A program made the position numbers and the translations under genes. DNA of 33,706 nucleotides. Origin: a virus. Its lineage: Duplodnaviria > Heunggongvirae > Uroviricota > Caudoviricetes. This document shows, one piece after another, positions 1-9,479 of the stretch. Every line of letters begins with the position of its first letter. Position 1 is the stretch's first letter. Where the stretch lies: the IMG/VR virus record IMGVR_UViG_3300014886_000120; one strand, given 5' to 3'. Under the pieces are notes generated by a model. It ran no database searches. It was not told where the DNA came from and saw only the letters and a program-made list of their open reading frames with translations.

Positions 1-111
1 CCTAGCATATTGAGCTATCTCTCTAAGAGTGAAGTGTTTGTTAAACCTTAAGTCTTCGTATTCAGCCCGGTGTGGACTTAGAGCTACTTTAGACCTACCT
101 GGCAAGCTCAT
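1..111 (-). CDS. Hypothetical protein, 5' part only (MSLPGRSKVALSPHRAEYEDLRFNKHFTLREIAQYAR...), runs off the window
   Basis: ATG at 111-109 directly after the TAG of the upstream gene (TAGGTGATG); frame open to base 1. Confidence 0.5.
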   Translation of the reverse strand, partial: MSLPGRSKVALSPHRAEYEDLRFNKHFTLREIAQYAR

Positions 112-114
112 CAC

Positions 115-852
115 CTAGCCAACTATATAGTCATGACGGACATTTAATTCTTGCCCTGAAGAGAGAACTACTGTTGCTCCAGTAAAGAAGTGGAAACCTA
201 GAGTGGTACCAGCCTGGTTTCTGGTGTAAGCATAGAAAGCTGCATATGTGCCTGGGGTAGTCAGTTCCTGGCCTGGAGGTATAGAACAGGTAACTGTATT
301 GTTTGATACAATCTTGTCTACTACTATCATTTGTACTCCTGATGGAGTATTTATCCTGAAGCTGTCCAATGTAGCCAAGTAAGTATCTGATATACTTCCT
401 AACAGAGATGCACATGCATAGTTGCCCTCTGACTGGCTGAGCCCAGAGAATCCCCATCTCATTATCACTACTAGCTCTTGATTACTTCCTAGGACTATGT
501 TGGTACCAATTGAATTATGCCAGTTTGAGCCAGCCCCAGAATTGCTGCAGAAAAATGCAGTATAAGTCCCTGCCCCAGTTATGGTAGCACTTGTCACTTC
601 CAGAGTATTCAGGTTTCTTGAGTTAGTGACAGTGACAGTACCCCATGTTCCATCCTTCTTGTATCTTATTTCATTTATTGGCAACCCTGTCTTGTCCTTA
701 AGCAACAAAGCTATTTGGTTCTTACCCCATGAAGTCACAGCATCCTGATAGTCTACATCTTCCTTCTCAATCCTTCCAGAGTGCTTGTCAAAGATGTAAA
801 CTAGTAATTCATCCTTGACTTCTATCCTACCTAAAGGACTTAGAGCTTCCAT
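115..852 (-). CDS. Putative virion structural protein with two copies of a ~115-aa domain; paralog of 865-1626 and 1607-2095
   Basis: GGTGA RBS upstream; shared motifs GKNQ.ALL, GTY...CSN, N.HN.I, QELVV; Thr/Ser/Gly/Asn-rich beta-type composition; lies in the tail operon. Confidence 0.7.
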   Translation of the reverse strand: MEALSPLGRIEVKDELLVYIFDKHSGRIEKEDVDYQDAVTSWGKNQIALLLKDKTGLPINEIRYKKDGTWGTVTVTNSRNLNTLEVTSATITGAGTYTAFFCSNSGAGSNWHNSIGTNIVLGSNQELVVIMRWGFSGLSQSEGNYACASLLGSISDTYLATLDSFRINTPSGVQMIVVDKIVSNNTVTCSIPPGQELTTPGTYAAFYAYTRNQAGTTLGFHFFTGATVVLSSGQELNVRHDYIVG

Positions 853-864
853 CCTACCATCACC

Positions 865-1626
865 TCAGTTAAAGACAAACACTTCTCTCACCAAAAGTTC
901 CTGGTTGGTACCTAGCTCCACAGTGGCTCCTGAGAACTCATGGAATATGTAATCTCCAACATTGTAGGCATTAGCTCCAAATGCATCGTATGTTCCAGTA
1001 TTTGTCAATGGAAAGTTTGGGTTAATGGAACACTTGAATGTGTTACCAGAGGATACTTTAGAAATGTCATAGGTCAAGTTCAAGGTTCCATTACGTCTGT
1101 AAGATATAGCATTTATAGTTGCGTCATATGCATCTCCAACAGCTCCAAGGAGGGAAGCTAAGACATAGTTTCCATAATTATTAAGGCCTGTAAAGACAAA
1201 TTTCATTGTCACCACAAGTTCCTGATCAGTACCAACTGTGATAGTACTCAGTATTTCATTGTGGTAATTAGTTCCAGCCCCTGAATTTGAACAACGCCAA
1301 GTGTCATATGTGGCTGGACTGGTAATAGTACCTGACTCAACTAACAGAGTGTTATTGTTTCTAGAAGTTGAAACTGAAATTGTAGACCATGTTCCACCTG
1401 TATTTCTGTATCTCAGCTCGTTTATCACAAATCCAGATTTATCATTTACTAAGAGACTTAGCTGTTGCTTAGCCCACGTTGTTACCGAATGAGTACTGGT
1501 TATCTCTATGACATCGATCAAGCTTTTAGTAGCCTTGTCATATATCTTTGCTTCCATGGTATCGAACACTTTAGCTATGAAGTTCTTAGAGGTGAGAATC
1601 TGGTTCTTAACTGAATGTAAACTCAA
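865..1626 (-). CDS. Putative virion structural protein, two-domain paralog (start codon uncertain)
   Basis: Aligns by eye over its length with 115-852 (CSNSGAG.N.HN; GNY..ASLLG; FH.F.GATV.L...QEL.VR). Confidence 0.7.
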   Translation of the reverse strand: MSLHSVKNQILTSKNFIAKVFDTMEAKIYDKATKSLIDVIEITSTHSVTTWAKQQLSLLVNDKSGFVINELRYRNTGGTWSTISVSTSRNNNTLLVESGTITSPATYDTWRCSNSGAGTNYHNEILSTITVGTDQELVVTMKFVFTGLNNYGNYVLASLLGAVGDAYDATINAISYRRNGTLNLTYDISKVSSGNTFKCSINPNFPLTNTGTYDAFGANAYNVGDYIFHEFSGATVELGTNQELLVREVFVFN

Positions 1627-2095
1627 CTTCTGCCCACCACTCCTGGTCTGAAGTTATAGTGACATTGATGCTTATCTCGTTATGATAGTTAGTGGCATCC
1701 CCCATAGTCCAGTTAGTGTTAGAGCATCTTAACAAGGTGTATGTACCAGCAGTAGTCCATGGTGAAGGCTGATTGTTTATTTTAAATTTACCAACAGACT
1801 CAGTAGTTCTATTGATGTCAGTACCATCCTTTCTATCAGCTGTATTCCACCCTCCCCTATAGACATCCAGACAATTTACTGGATACCCAGAGAGACCTCC
1901 AAACAGGATGGCAGCTTGATTCTTACCAGTGTCAGATACTGTGGCATGAATCTCTTTCCCCAGCAGCTTATAAAGTATGTTTTTCCATATTGGTACTTTG
2001 GGAACTATAGTCATCCGTTTGATTACTTCCTTAGTATGCTTATCTCTTATAACAATGTGTAGCTTTTCTTCAATCTTAATCCGTTCTTTCATCAC
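1607..2095 (-). CDS. Putative virion structural protein, single-domain paralog
   Basis: Motifs GKNQAAIL, GTY.LLRCSN, TNYHNEI, DQEW as in the neighbours; GGGGT RBS-like sequence and TATA-like sequence upstream. Confidence 0.7.
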   Translation of the reverse strand: MMKERIKIEEKLHIVIRDKHTKEVIKRMTIVPKVPIWKNILYKLLGKEIHATVSDTGKNQAAILFGGLSGYPVNCLDVYRGGWNTADRKDGTDINRTTESVGKFKINNQPSPWTTAGTYTLLRCSNTNWTMGDATNYHNEISINVTITSDQEWWAEVEFTFS

Positions 2096-2142
2096 ATTTA
2101 CCCCCTTATATTTAGAAATGAAGTTATCTAATTTAAGGCTTT

Positions 2143-3330
2143 TTATATTCTATACTTGAAATTTTCTATCCTAGAATCGTAAGTTGAGTCTCCCCAGTAA
2201 TAAAAGCCACATGTGTAGTCCTCAAATAAATCATAGTACCTTCTAGTGTAGTAGTACACAGTCCAAGTGGAAGTAGCAAGCTTAGTTGAGCCGAGCTGTT
2301 CGGTTACAAATGTAGCTGCCGGTGTCCATCCACCTAGATTTTGATACACCACAACCTGGATTGCATCTTGAGTGTCCAGTGTAGTTTCTGGACATACCCA
2401 CGTGGCTGATTGTATGCCTTCCCCATCACTGTCCCTACTAACTTGGGCTTTGTAAGTCCCAGAGCTTCCAATTTCGATAGTGTTTCCATTACCTTGCCTC
2501 CTGAATATCCTGATCCCCCAATAGACGTTCTGAGCTCCAGTACCTGGACTAGCACAAAGTGAGAATGTATTTGGCAGGGTAGACTGGGTGGTACCGAGCT
2601 TGTATGCTGTTATTAAATTGACTGTATGAGTGTCACCTCGTTTGTACCTTGTCTCAACCGTCCATGGTGTAACCAAGGAATAAGAGAACAAATCGGTTAC
2701 TCCAGAACTATTACCAAAGAAGACTCTATAATCTAGTTTACTTTCTGTAACTGTCAAGTCATCTGATAGCTTGGGGATTAAAGCCAATTGTTTGGAGAGA
2801 GATGTTGACTCAAATAGTTTACCTTTCAGCCTTAGGGATATTGAATCTACCAATTGAGAGAACACTTTTAGTATATTCCGAAATCTGATCCTAGACTCTA
2901 GTATAGTTATACTGTCTGTTAGACCACTTAGAGAAAGGATCAAACGTCTACCTATGGAGATTGTTTCAGATATCTTCTGGTGTAGTATTCCCAAAATGGA
3001 ATCTGAGATAAATGAGCTTATGGATAGAGCAAGTCTAAACCTGAAAAACTCAGAGATAGAGACACTCTCATACGACCTTAGCTTGAGTACCAAACGTTTA
3101 AGGAAAGATATAGCTTCTTCAAATATGAAATAGTCTCCCCATGCTATAGCATAAGTGCTTCCACCATGTCTAATTCTAAATGGACTTGCCTCTCTAGCTG
3201 TTACGGACACTAGCTTGAGGTAACGGATAGCTCCTCCAAGGTAGATCCTCAAAGGACCTGGTACATCAGTGTACTTCAGAACTCTCACTTTATCTTTGTA
3301 CCATACTCTTATCTTGGACCATGCTGACAA
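2143..3330 (-). CDS. Putative fibre/receptor-binding protein: N-terminal adaptor, about three 49-aa shaft repeats, C-terminal beta-rich head
   Basis: GGAGG RBS with TTG start; shaft repeats (ES.SI.E...D....KRL.L) shared with 5169-6467; Trp/Tyr/Thr-rich C-terminal ~170 aa. Confidence 0.6.
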   Translation of the reverse strand: MSAWSKIRVWYKDKVRVLKYTDVPGPLRIYLGGAIRYLKLVSVTAREASPFRIRHGGSTYAIAWGDYFIFEEAISFLKRLVLKLRSYESVSISEFFRFRLALSISSFISDSILGILHQKISETISIGRRLILSLSGLTDSITILESRIRFRNILKVFSQLVDSISLRLKGKLFESTSLSKQLALIPKLSDDLTVTESKLDYRVFFGNSSGVTDLFSYSLVTPWTVETRYKRGDTHTVNLITAYKLGTTQSTLPNTFSLCASPGTGAQNVYWGIRIFRRQGNGNTIEIGSSGTYKAQVSRDSDGEGIQSATWVCPETTLDTQDAIQVVVYQNLGGWTPAATFVTEQLGSTKLATSTWTVYYYTRRYYDLFEDYTCGFYYWGDSTYDSRIENFKYRI

Positions 3331-3342
3331 TTAGACCCTCCA

Positions 3343-4950
3343 CTATAAGTCAGTTCTTATCCATATTTGTCCCTCAGCTGGACTATCAGGGTCTGAGGTT
3401 CTATTCTCTATCCTTAAGGAAATAGCTTGGCCAGTAAACTGGACATTACCAGTAGCACTATCAATGACGAAAATGGCTGTATCAGTTGATGGATCATCCA
3501 TTGTAGATCTATTCCATATAACAAAGTCATCACTGTACAGAGCAAACCCTCTATATCCTGACTTACCTGTAGCTACCATGTATCCTCCACCGAACCTAAT
3601 GAAGTCTTGAGGCATAGATGTATTTGTAATGTCTATTTTACTGTCACCTAGTGGAAGCTGAATGTCTCCTACATACAAGGTTCTCCATCTCTGTGATGAA
3701 GTACCCAGATCAAGAGAATCGTCTGATATTGGTCTGATAGTCCTATGAGATCTTATGACATCAGTCAATATCTCAAGAGCTCTATACCATACCCCACCCT
3801 CTTTGATGCCTATGATATGCTTTCTTTCACTACTCTCTACCCTATATTCAGTAAAGGAGAAGTTAGAAGTATCTTCTCCATATTGATTCATAACAGCTGT
3901 GTAGTCACCAGTGAACCCTGAAGCATACCATTCCAAGGTATAAGAAGTACCATCAGAACGAGAGTTAGATAGTCCAAGAAGATTCTGTAATACCCTACCA
4001 TTAGTTAACACTTCCGTACCACTTATCAAATAGCTGTAAGCATCTATAGGCAGATCCGAGAACCAACGATCATCAGTTCTGGAATAACCGAACTCTTTAG
4101 ACCATTGATAGGCTCCACTTTGATAAGGTACTACCACAAAGCCTCCATCATCTGTTATTCTAAATCTATATCCATCCCCAGATATGGCAGCATTATCTAC
4201 TAAAATGAAATCATTAGGATCAGATATCTTAAGATACAATCTTCTCCAATTATAGGAACTATCTCCTAAGTCATAATTGCCATCCAAGCTTGGTAAAATA
4301 GACTGAGAAATTGAGGTTATGTTTTGCAACACTCTACCACTTGAGATTACTTCAGTTCCTCCTATCCTCAAAGCTAAAGCATCAAAGTTGTCATCTGTCT
4401 TTAATATGTCCTGAGCTGAACGATATAAGTTAGTGTCCTCATCTATTGATATACTCCCAGCTCTGGGATAAATAGCAATGCCTGGAGTAGCTGAGTTATC
4501 TCCTTTCAGGATATATATTCTTGGAGTACCATCTACTAGCCCTCTAAAGAATCCAACTGTAACATTATATCCACTATCTCCATAAGCATCTATCCATAGC
4601 CAGTTATGGGCACTTGCTACTTTGGTCTTAGCTATTCTAGAGTCTACTGAGGTAGAATCAAAAACAAGCTGATCCCATTCTGCTGAGTATTTTATTCTAA
4701 ACTGATCATCAGTAGCTAGAGTATTAGCTCCTAACCGGTAAAGGTTAACATCTTCAGCTGAACCAAATGTTATGGTTCCTGATTTCTTAAGTGGATTACC
4801 GTTCAAGTCAATATAAGTTGGTCTTAGATAAATAGTCTTTTCACCTATCTTGAGTCCCTTACTTATAATCCTAGCTACTATATCTTCTATCTTGTTAGAG
4901 TCTATTAAGACTAAATTGCCACTCTCAATATCAAACTTGAAGTCTATCAT
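3343..4950 (-). CDS. Tail fibre protein
   Basis: Duplicated fibre-type motifs: ED.NLYR...N/D.L.TDD.F (x2), I.GTEV...GRVLQN (x2), I.P..D...DLG.SS..WR.LY (x2); C-terminal DP.SPAEGQIW.RTD. Confidence 0.75.
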   Translation of the reverse strand: MIDFKFDIESGNLVLIDSNKIEDIVARIISKGLKIGEKTIYLRPTYIDLNGNPLKKSGTITFGSAEDVNLYRLGANTLATDDQFRIKYSAEWDQLVFDSTSVDSRIAKTKVASAHNWLWIDAYGDSGYNVTVGFFRGLVDGTPRIYILKGDNSATPGIAIYPRAGSISIDEDTNLYRSAQDILKTDDNFDALALRIGGTEVISSGRVLQNITSISQSILPSLDGNYDLGDSSYNWRRLYLKISDPNDFILVDNAAISGDGYRFRITDDGGFVVVPYQSGAYQWSKEFGYSRTDDRWFSDLPIDAYSYLISGTEVLTNGRVLQNLLGLSNSRSDGTSYTLEWYASGFTGDYTAVMNQYGEDTSNFSFTEYRVESSERKHIIGIKEGGVWYRALEILTDVIRSHRTIRPISDDSLDLGTSSQRWRTLYVGDIQLPLGDSKIDITNTSMPQDFIRFGGGYMVATGKSGYRGFALYSDDFVIWNRSTMDDPSTDTAIFVIDSATGNVQFTGQAISLRIENRTSDPDSPAEGQIWIRTDL

Positions 4951-5120
4951 TGCTCTCCATCCTCATTTAGCTTTTCAATTTCCTTATTAATCTTAGCTAT
5001 CAGAGAGCCCAGTCTATTGAGATCTTCCAGAGAGTTTTGTAAGATCCAGATGCTGGACTGGAGACTCCTAGCTAGTCTCTCCATACTAAGGATTATCTCT
5101 GCTATTTCCTTTTTATCCAA
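4947..5120 (-). CDS. Small coiled-coil protein, 57 aa (MDKKEIAEIILSMERLARSLQSSIWILQNSLEDLNRLGSLIAKINKEIEKLNEDGEQ); not in the ORF track
   Basis: Perfect GGAGGTGA RBS, TTG start at 5120, ATGA stop/start overlap with the tail fibre gene. Confidence 0.75.
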   Translation of the reverse strand: MDKKEIAEIILSMERLARSLQSSIWILQNSLEDLNRLGSLIAKINKEIEKLNEDGEQ

Positions 5121-5168
5121 TCAAAGCTCACCTCCTTTAGGGTATTGTTCTGAGACTGAAATAAATAC

Positions 5169-6467
5169 TTATTGAACAGTAACCTCTCCATATGTCTTAA
5201 CCTCCGGGTTTGAGATATCTAAAGACGGAAATGTCTTACTTGGATAACCAGAAACTATATCCAATGAATATTCATATGGATAGACCTCATAGTACATAGA
5301 GTCAGACATGATAGCTGAAATTGATAGGCTAACCCCAAACTTAGAAAGTAAATCTTGAAGAGTCATAGATTCAGTTAAACCTTTCAGTATTAAAAGAAGT
5401 CGTTTGGATATGGCAAGCTCCAGAACATATTTTGTCAGTGACTTGAACAGTTCAGATATATATGATGTAGCTTGGAAGCTACTTCTTAAGGAGATTCTAT
5501 CTGCTATTGAGATACCTTCTATACCTGCCTTTACTTTTAGAACCAGCCTTTTAGTTATACCGAGAAATACCTTACTACATACCTGCAATTTGCTTATAAT
5601 ATCCGAGACGGTAGATCCTACATACAGAGACATGCTTTCTAGAATACTTTCAGTAATCGACAGAGCTTCTGGGATTCCGAGCTTGAGTAATAACCTTCTA
5701 TTTATGGTAGCTACCTCAAGAAGTATCTGTCTAAAGAGTGTTGAGATAACATCCAGACTTGTACTATAGACTTTTAAGATTGTATGATACAGCAAATGCT
5801 CGTTTATCGTCATGGTCTCCTTTAGGTTTAATATTAGAGCTAGACGTTTACTGAGGGAAGCTAGCTCTGACAAGAAATCTTTGATCCTAAGGTAGTCTTC
5901 AACTAATGAGCTTGCTACCATTGAAATTCTATTTCTAAGGTATTCAGACACAAGGAGAGTCTCTACCCTGGATAGTTTAAAGAGGAGTCTCTTGGTGATT
6001 GTTCTTAGCTCTATACTGTATAGACTCTGAAAGATCTTGTCTATTACGGAAGAGGCAACAGTTCCAACATGAATTGAAATGAGAGTACTTTCAACCATTG
6101 AGAGAGCCTCAAATACCGTAACCTTCAGTTTAAGTGTACTGGTTAATAGTACACTGGCAAGAGCATATAAGCTGATCTTGATGGCATCCAGGATGTTTGC
6201 TATAGCTCCAGAAAGTAACAACCTGATCCTTGTAAACTCAGTAATTGTCAAGCTTTCACTTAGTATAATCTTCAGCTTAAGTAATGAACCTATTGAGAAA
6301 CTGATAACTGCTAGTGTTTGTAATTTTAAATAATCTACCACAGACACAAGCAAGTTTTTGAGTAGCAAGTTAAGGCTTGTAGTTTCAGCCATACTGATGG
6401 ACTCTAGAAATCTCTTGATGATAACACGAAGTCTTCTAATTATCCTGTAAGGTATTAGGATCGGCAT
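5169..6467 (-). CDS. Repeat protein with about eight 48-50-aa repeats; putative fibre shaft
   Basis: Repeats begin xxES/ET/EA-(L/I/M)-(S/T), have a central D and end in (K)R-L-L-L-K; GGAG RBS upstream. Confidence 0.65.
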   Translation of the reverse strand: MPILIPYRIIRRLRVIIKRFLESISMAETTSLNLLLKNLLVSVVDYLKLQTLAVISFSIGSLLKLKIILSESLTITEFTRIRLLLSGAIANILDAIKISLYALASVLLTSTLKLKVTVFEALSMVESTLISIHVGTVASSVIDKIFQSLYSIELRTITKRLLFKLSRVETLLVSEYLRNRISMVASSLVEDYLRIKDFLSELASLSKRLALILNLKETMTINEHLLYHTILKVYSTSLDVISTLFRQILLEVATINRRLLLKLGIPEALSITESILESMSLYVGSTVSDIISKLQVCSKVFLGITKRLVLKVKAGIEGISIADRISLRSSFQATSYISELFKSLTKYVLELAISKRLLLILKGLTESMTLQDLLSKFGVSLSISAIMSDSMYYEVYPYEYSLDIVSGYPSKTFPSLDISNPEVKTYGEVTVQ

Positions 6468-6469
6468 AT

Positions 6470-6718
6470 TTATCTCCTCTTTAGCTTACTCTCTTTTATA
6501 TACTGCTTATAGTTGAACTTACTATTTGAAGGAGACACTTGTTCCCATTCTTCAGTGTTCAGTATTTCAAGTATCTTGTTTATTTCAGCTTGGGTAGGCA
6601 AGCTCTTGAACACTATCATCATCTTGTTCCCAGACACCATGGTACCTACTACATTTGGTATATCTCTTCTTATCCTTCTCTCCTTAGCTACCTTCCTAAA
6701 GAATACTCTTACCACCAT
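6470..6718 (-). CDS. Small basic hypothetical protein (likely start MVVRVFF at 6718; ORF track start 6736)
   Basis: GGAG upstream of the ATG at 6718; fills the gap between the hub and repeat genes. Confidence 0.55.
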   Translation of the reverse strand: MVVRVFFRKVAKERRIRRDIPNVVGTMVSGNKMMIVFKSLPTQAEINKILEILNTEEWEQVSPSNSKFNYKQYIKESKLKRR

Positions 6719-9444
6719 GGCTCTCCAAGCTCCCATCCTCTAAACGTTATAGTTGAGCTTTTAGTGTTGCTTATGTCCCATCCTTGTATGTCCACAAAAA
6801 TAGGAGCTAGAGTGGACGTGGTTGGAAGCTGGCTTAGGTATCCCTTCAGTGTCCTGTCAATGTAGAAGTAGACTGTGCCTCTAGGCTTGTCATATCTCAT
6901 GTCAAACCAGTGTATCTCTCCCATTGGGATTGTATCTAGAACTATAGAATATGGTGTACCATTTACTCTGGTTTGTCCAAGTACTCTAACTGAGCTGCTA
7001 CCAACATTGATAGTGTCAAACCTAAACCCAAATGCATCAGTCAAATCTCCAATATAATATCTAGCAAGCTCAAAGGAACTACCTGAAATCATTATCTTAG
7101 CTGTGGCAGCTAGCAAGGTGTTCTCTATCACCCTGTCACTTATCCTAAGGGTGTTGACTACCAGAGTTTCTGGAGTGTCATAATTGGGAGGAGTCCAAAG
7201 CTCCAATAGTCCTACCTTCAAGTTGGCATTTGTAGAGTCAGCTATTTCCCACCCTGCATCTGATTCTCCAAGAGCCAGCAGAGCTCTGGACTGGGTGAAG
7301 CTAAACATTGCAAACTCGTTCTTAGCTTCCCAGAAATCCAGTCTTTCACTTCTGGTAGGTATAACTCCAGTGGGAGCAAACCTAGCATTCTTCCAAGCTT
7401 CTATGTCCCATGCAAAAGCTTCAAGCTGTTTCTTAGCTATAGCAAACAACCTTTCTGGTTCAGGTATGTATCTTTCAGAGAAAGTAAGGTAAGTGTCAAA
7501 GTTTAACCCCTCTACCTCATGCCTAACACTTCTGAGTATCACTGGTATAGACTGCATTTCCTTGACTGAAAGGGTACACTCGTCTCCAGGATTAAACTCA
7601 AAGTTCCTTATTGTCTTGACATCCTCTATTATCCTAACCGGATCTTTGTATGTAGCTACTATCAGGCTTGATAGGAACTGGCACTTAGTGTTACTGTCCA
7701 GAGATCTGTCTATGAATGGGATCCCCTCTCTCTTACCATATTTCTGGATTGAAGCTTGATCTTCGGTATATCCATAATATGGAACCTGATCAATGTAGAC
7801 ATTGTCTAGCCATGCTATGGCACCTACTGGAGAGATGGTAGGAGAGGAAACTTCTATTTTGATAGTGTTAATTTCATCCCAGTCTATGGTACCGTTAGTA
7901 TCAGCTTCCATGGCTAGCTTATATGAGAACGGTACCTCAAACTTGGCCATTGGATAATAGAAATAATAATACTGTGGAATAGCTTTATACATCCCAATTT
8001 CATCAACCTCTGGTAGTGTACGTTCAGCTGACAACCCTCCTGAAGCCTCAGTCTCTATAGTGACAGTACCATTTTTAGAAATAAAGTAGGTCTTAGTTCT
8101 TAGCTTAGGAGCTGGCTTGTCACTTGGGACTGGACATCTAATCTGGAGGGAATAGTGGAGTACCCCACCTAGAGACAAGTCTATAGTTCCCATGTCCCTA
8201 GCAAACCACATGGTTCCACTTGTTGACATGGTATTCCGTATGCTGTAGCTTCCAGAAGCATCTGGATCTATAATCTTGGAGCTCAATGATAAGCTTCCAC
8301 TCCCTATCCAATTAGTGAGACTGTCACTCCAAGCTGTATCCGAACCTCTGGTATCTTCGTCTATACCCATTACCTCCTGGGCATTAATGATATTGGAATA
8401 GTCCTCTTCATATGGGAACTCTGTGGTCTCATCTATATCTAGCTGTATGGTATTGACTCTGGTTCCCTTCTTGAAGAAGTTTAGATCACCTCCAAAGTCT
8501 ACAAAATATTCAGCATCATAGTCTTCAGCTAGCTCAGCTAAAGTTTCCTGGATGGAAGTGCTTGACTTTATAACCTTTCTGGTTGCATCTGTGAATGAGC
8601 TTATACCCTTGGTGGTGATTAACCCTTCATCAACCAAGTCATCAACTATCCCTCTAGCTATTTGATCTATGGGCCCTTCAAAGACCTTACCTTGTCTTAT
8701 AATACGTTGTGACAAGTATTTCCCATAACCGAAAGCTTCTACTTCAAGCTTCCTTGGAGTATGTCCCTCTACCACCTTTCTTATTTTCTCTACCTGTCCA
8801 GTAAACACTTTCTTGAAGCTATTGTCAGTTATCAGTGTGTCTTTAGCTAGCCAGATCTTGATATGTGAACCACCCAGATTATCCTCAATACTCTTTACAT
8901 CCTGATAGTCCAGCTCCAGCCTTGCAGTGTCAAACTCTTCAGTAATGTTCCTGTTTACTTCCATATACAATGGCTTAAGGAAGGATACCGGTAATGAAGA
9001 CACAGCTAGGTAGTCTACCTGAATGGTACCCCAGCTTCTTACCACAAACTGTTTGATGCTCTTTCCAGAAGGCAAGCTTATACTCTTGGTATCCCATATA
9101 GTGTTGGAGTAATATCCGAAAAGGTACTCACTGTCTGTAGTATCTATTATGCCTACTGCCCAGCTACCTCCATGGATAGCCCTACCTCTGGATACCAGAT
9201 ATGGATAAGAGTCAGTACTTAAGGTCTTCCCGTTTATTATACCTTCAGCTAAGAATCTGGAGTATCCAACTGCACTTACACTTCCAATGTCTCCATTGCT
9301 ATTCCAGCTACCTCCAAAATCTACTGTCCATCCATAGGGTACATTACTTGGATCATAAGGTCTCATTCCATCATTCATGTATCCTACTACTCTGATACAC
9401 TCGATGGAAGAACGAGCTTCTAACGGAGGGTTACCCATGTCCAT
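6709..9444 (-). CDS. Baseplate hub / tail-tip (Tal/gp27-like) protein with inserted beta-sandwich domains
   Basis: Directly downstream of the tape measure gene; hub-type motifs VFTGQVEKI, LEVEAFGY, IQETLAELAEDY..EYFVD..GDLNF, SIQKYGKREG, PGD...L, VILRSVRHE. GGAGGT RBS favours ATG 9444 or 9438 over the TTG at 9459. Confidence 0.75.
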   Translation of the reverse strand: MDMGNPPLEARSSIECIRVVGYMNDGMRPYDPSNVPYGWTVDFGGSWNSNGDIGSVSAVGYSRFLAEGIINGKTLSTDSYPYLVSRGRAIHGGSWAVGIIDTTDSEYLFGYYSNTIWDTKSISLPSGKSIKQFVVRSWGTIQVDYLAVSSLPVSFLKPLYMEVNRNITEEFDTARLELDYQDVKSIEDNLGGSHIKIWLAKDTLITDNSFKKVFTGQVEKIRKVVEGHTPRKLEVEAFGYGKYLSQRIIRQGKVFEGPIDQIARGIVDDLVDEGLITTKGISSFTDATRKVIKSSTSIQETLAELAEDYDAEYFVDFGGDLNFFKKGTRVNTIQLDIDETTEFPYEEDYSNIINAQEVMGIDEDTRGSDTAWSDSLTNWIGSGSLSLSSKIIDPDASGSYSIRNTMSTSGTMWFARDMGTIDLSLGGVLHYSLQIRCPVPSDKPAPKLRTKTYFISKNGTVTIETEASGGLSAERTLPEVDEIGMYKAIPQYYYFYYPMAKFEVPFSYKLAMEADTNGTIDWDEINTIKIEVSSPTISPVGAIAWLDNVYIDQVPYYGYTEDQASIQKYGKREGIPFIDRSLDSNTKCQFLSSLIVATYKDPVRIIEDVKTIRNFEFNPGDECTLSVKEMQSIPVILRSVRHEVEGLNFDTYLTFSERYIPEPERLFAIAKKQLEAFAWDIEAWKNARFAPTGVIPTRSERLDFWEAKNEFAMFSFTQSRALLALGESDAGWEIADSTNANLKVGLLELWTPPNYDTPETLVVNTLRISDRVIENTLLAATAKIMISGSSFELARYYIGDLTDAFGFRFDTINVGSSSVRVLGQTRVNGTPYSIVLDTIPMGEIHWFDMRYDKPRGTVYFYIDRTLKGYLSQLPTTSTLAPIFVDIQGWDISNTKSSTITFRGWELGEPWW

Positions 9445-9479
9445 AATACCTCCTATCAACTATATCCGAGAGATATAGA

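Noticed and set aside
9460-9478. Hairpin CTATATC-CGAGA-GATATAG between the TMP and hub genes as a terminator
   Set aside because: AT-rich 7-bp stem without a U-tract, inside a tightly packed operon; could be chance.
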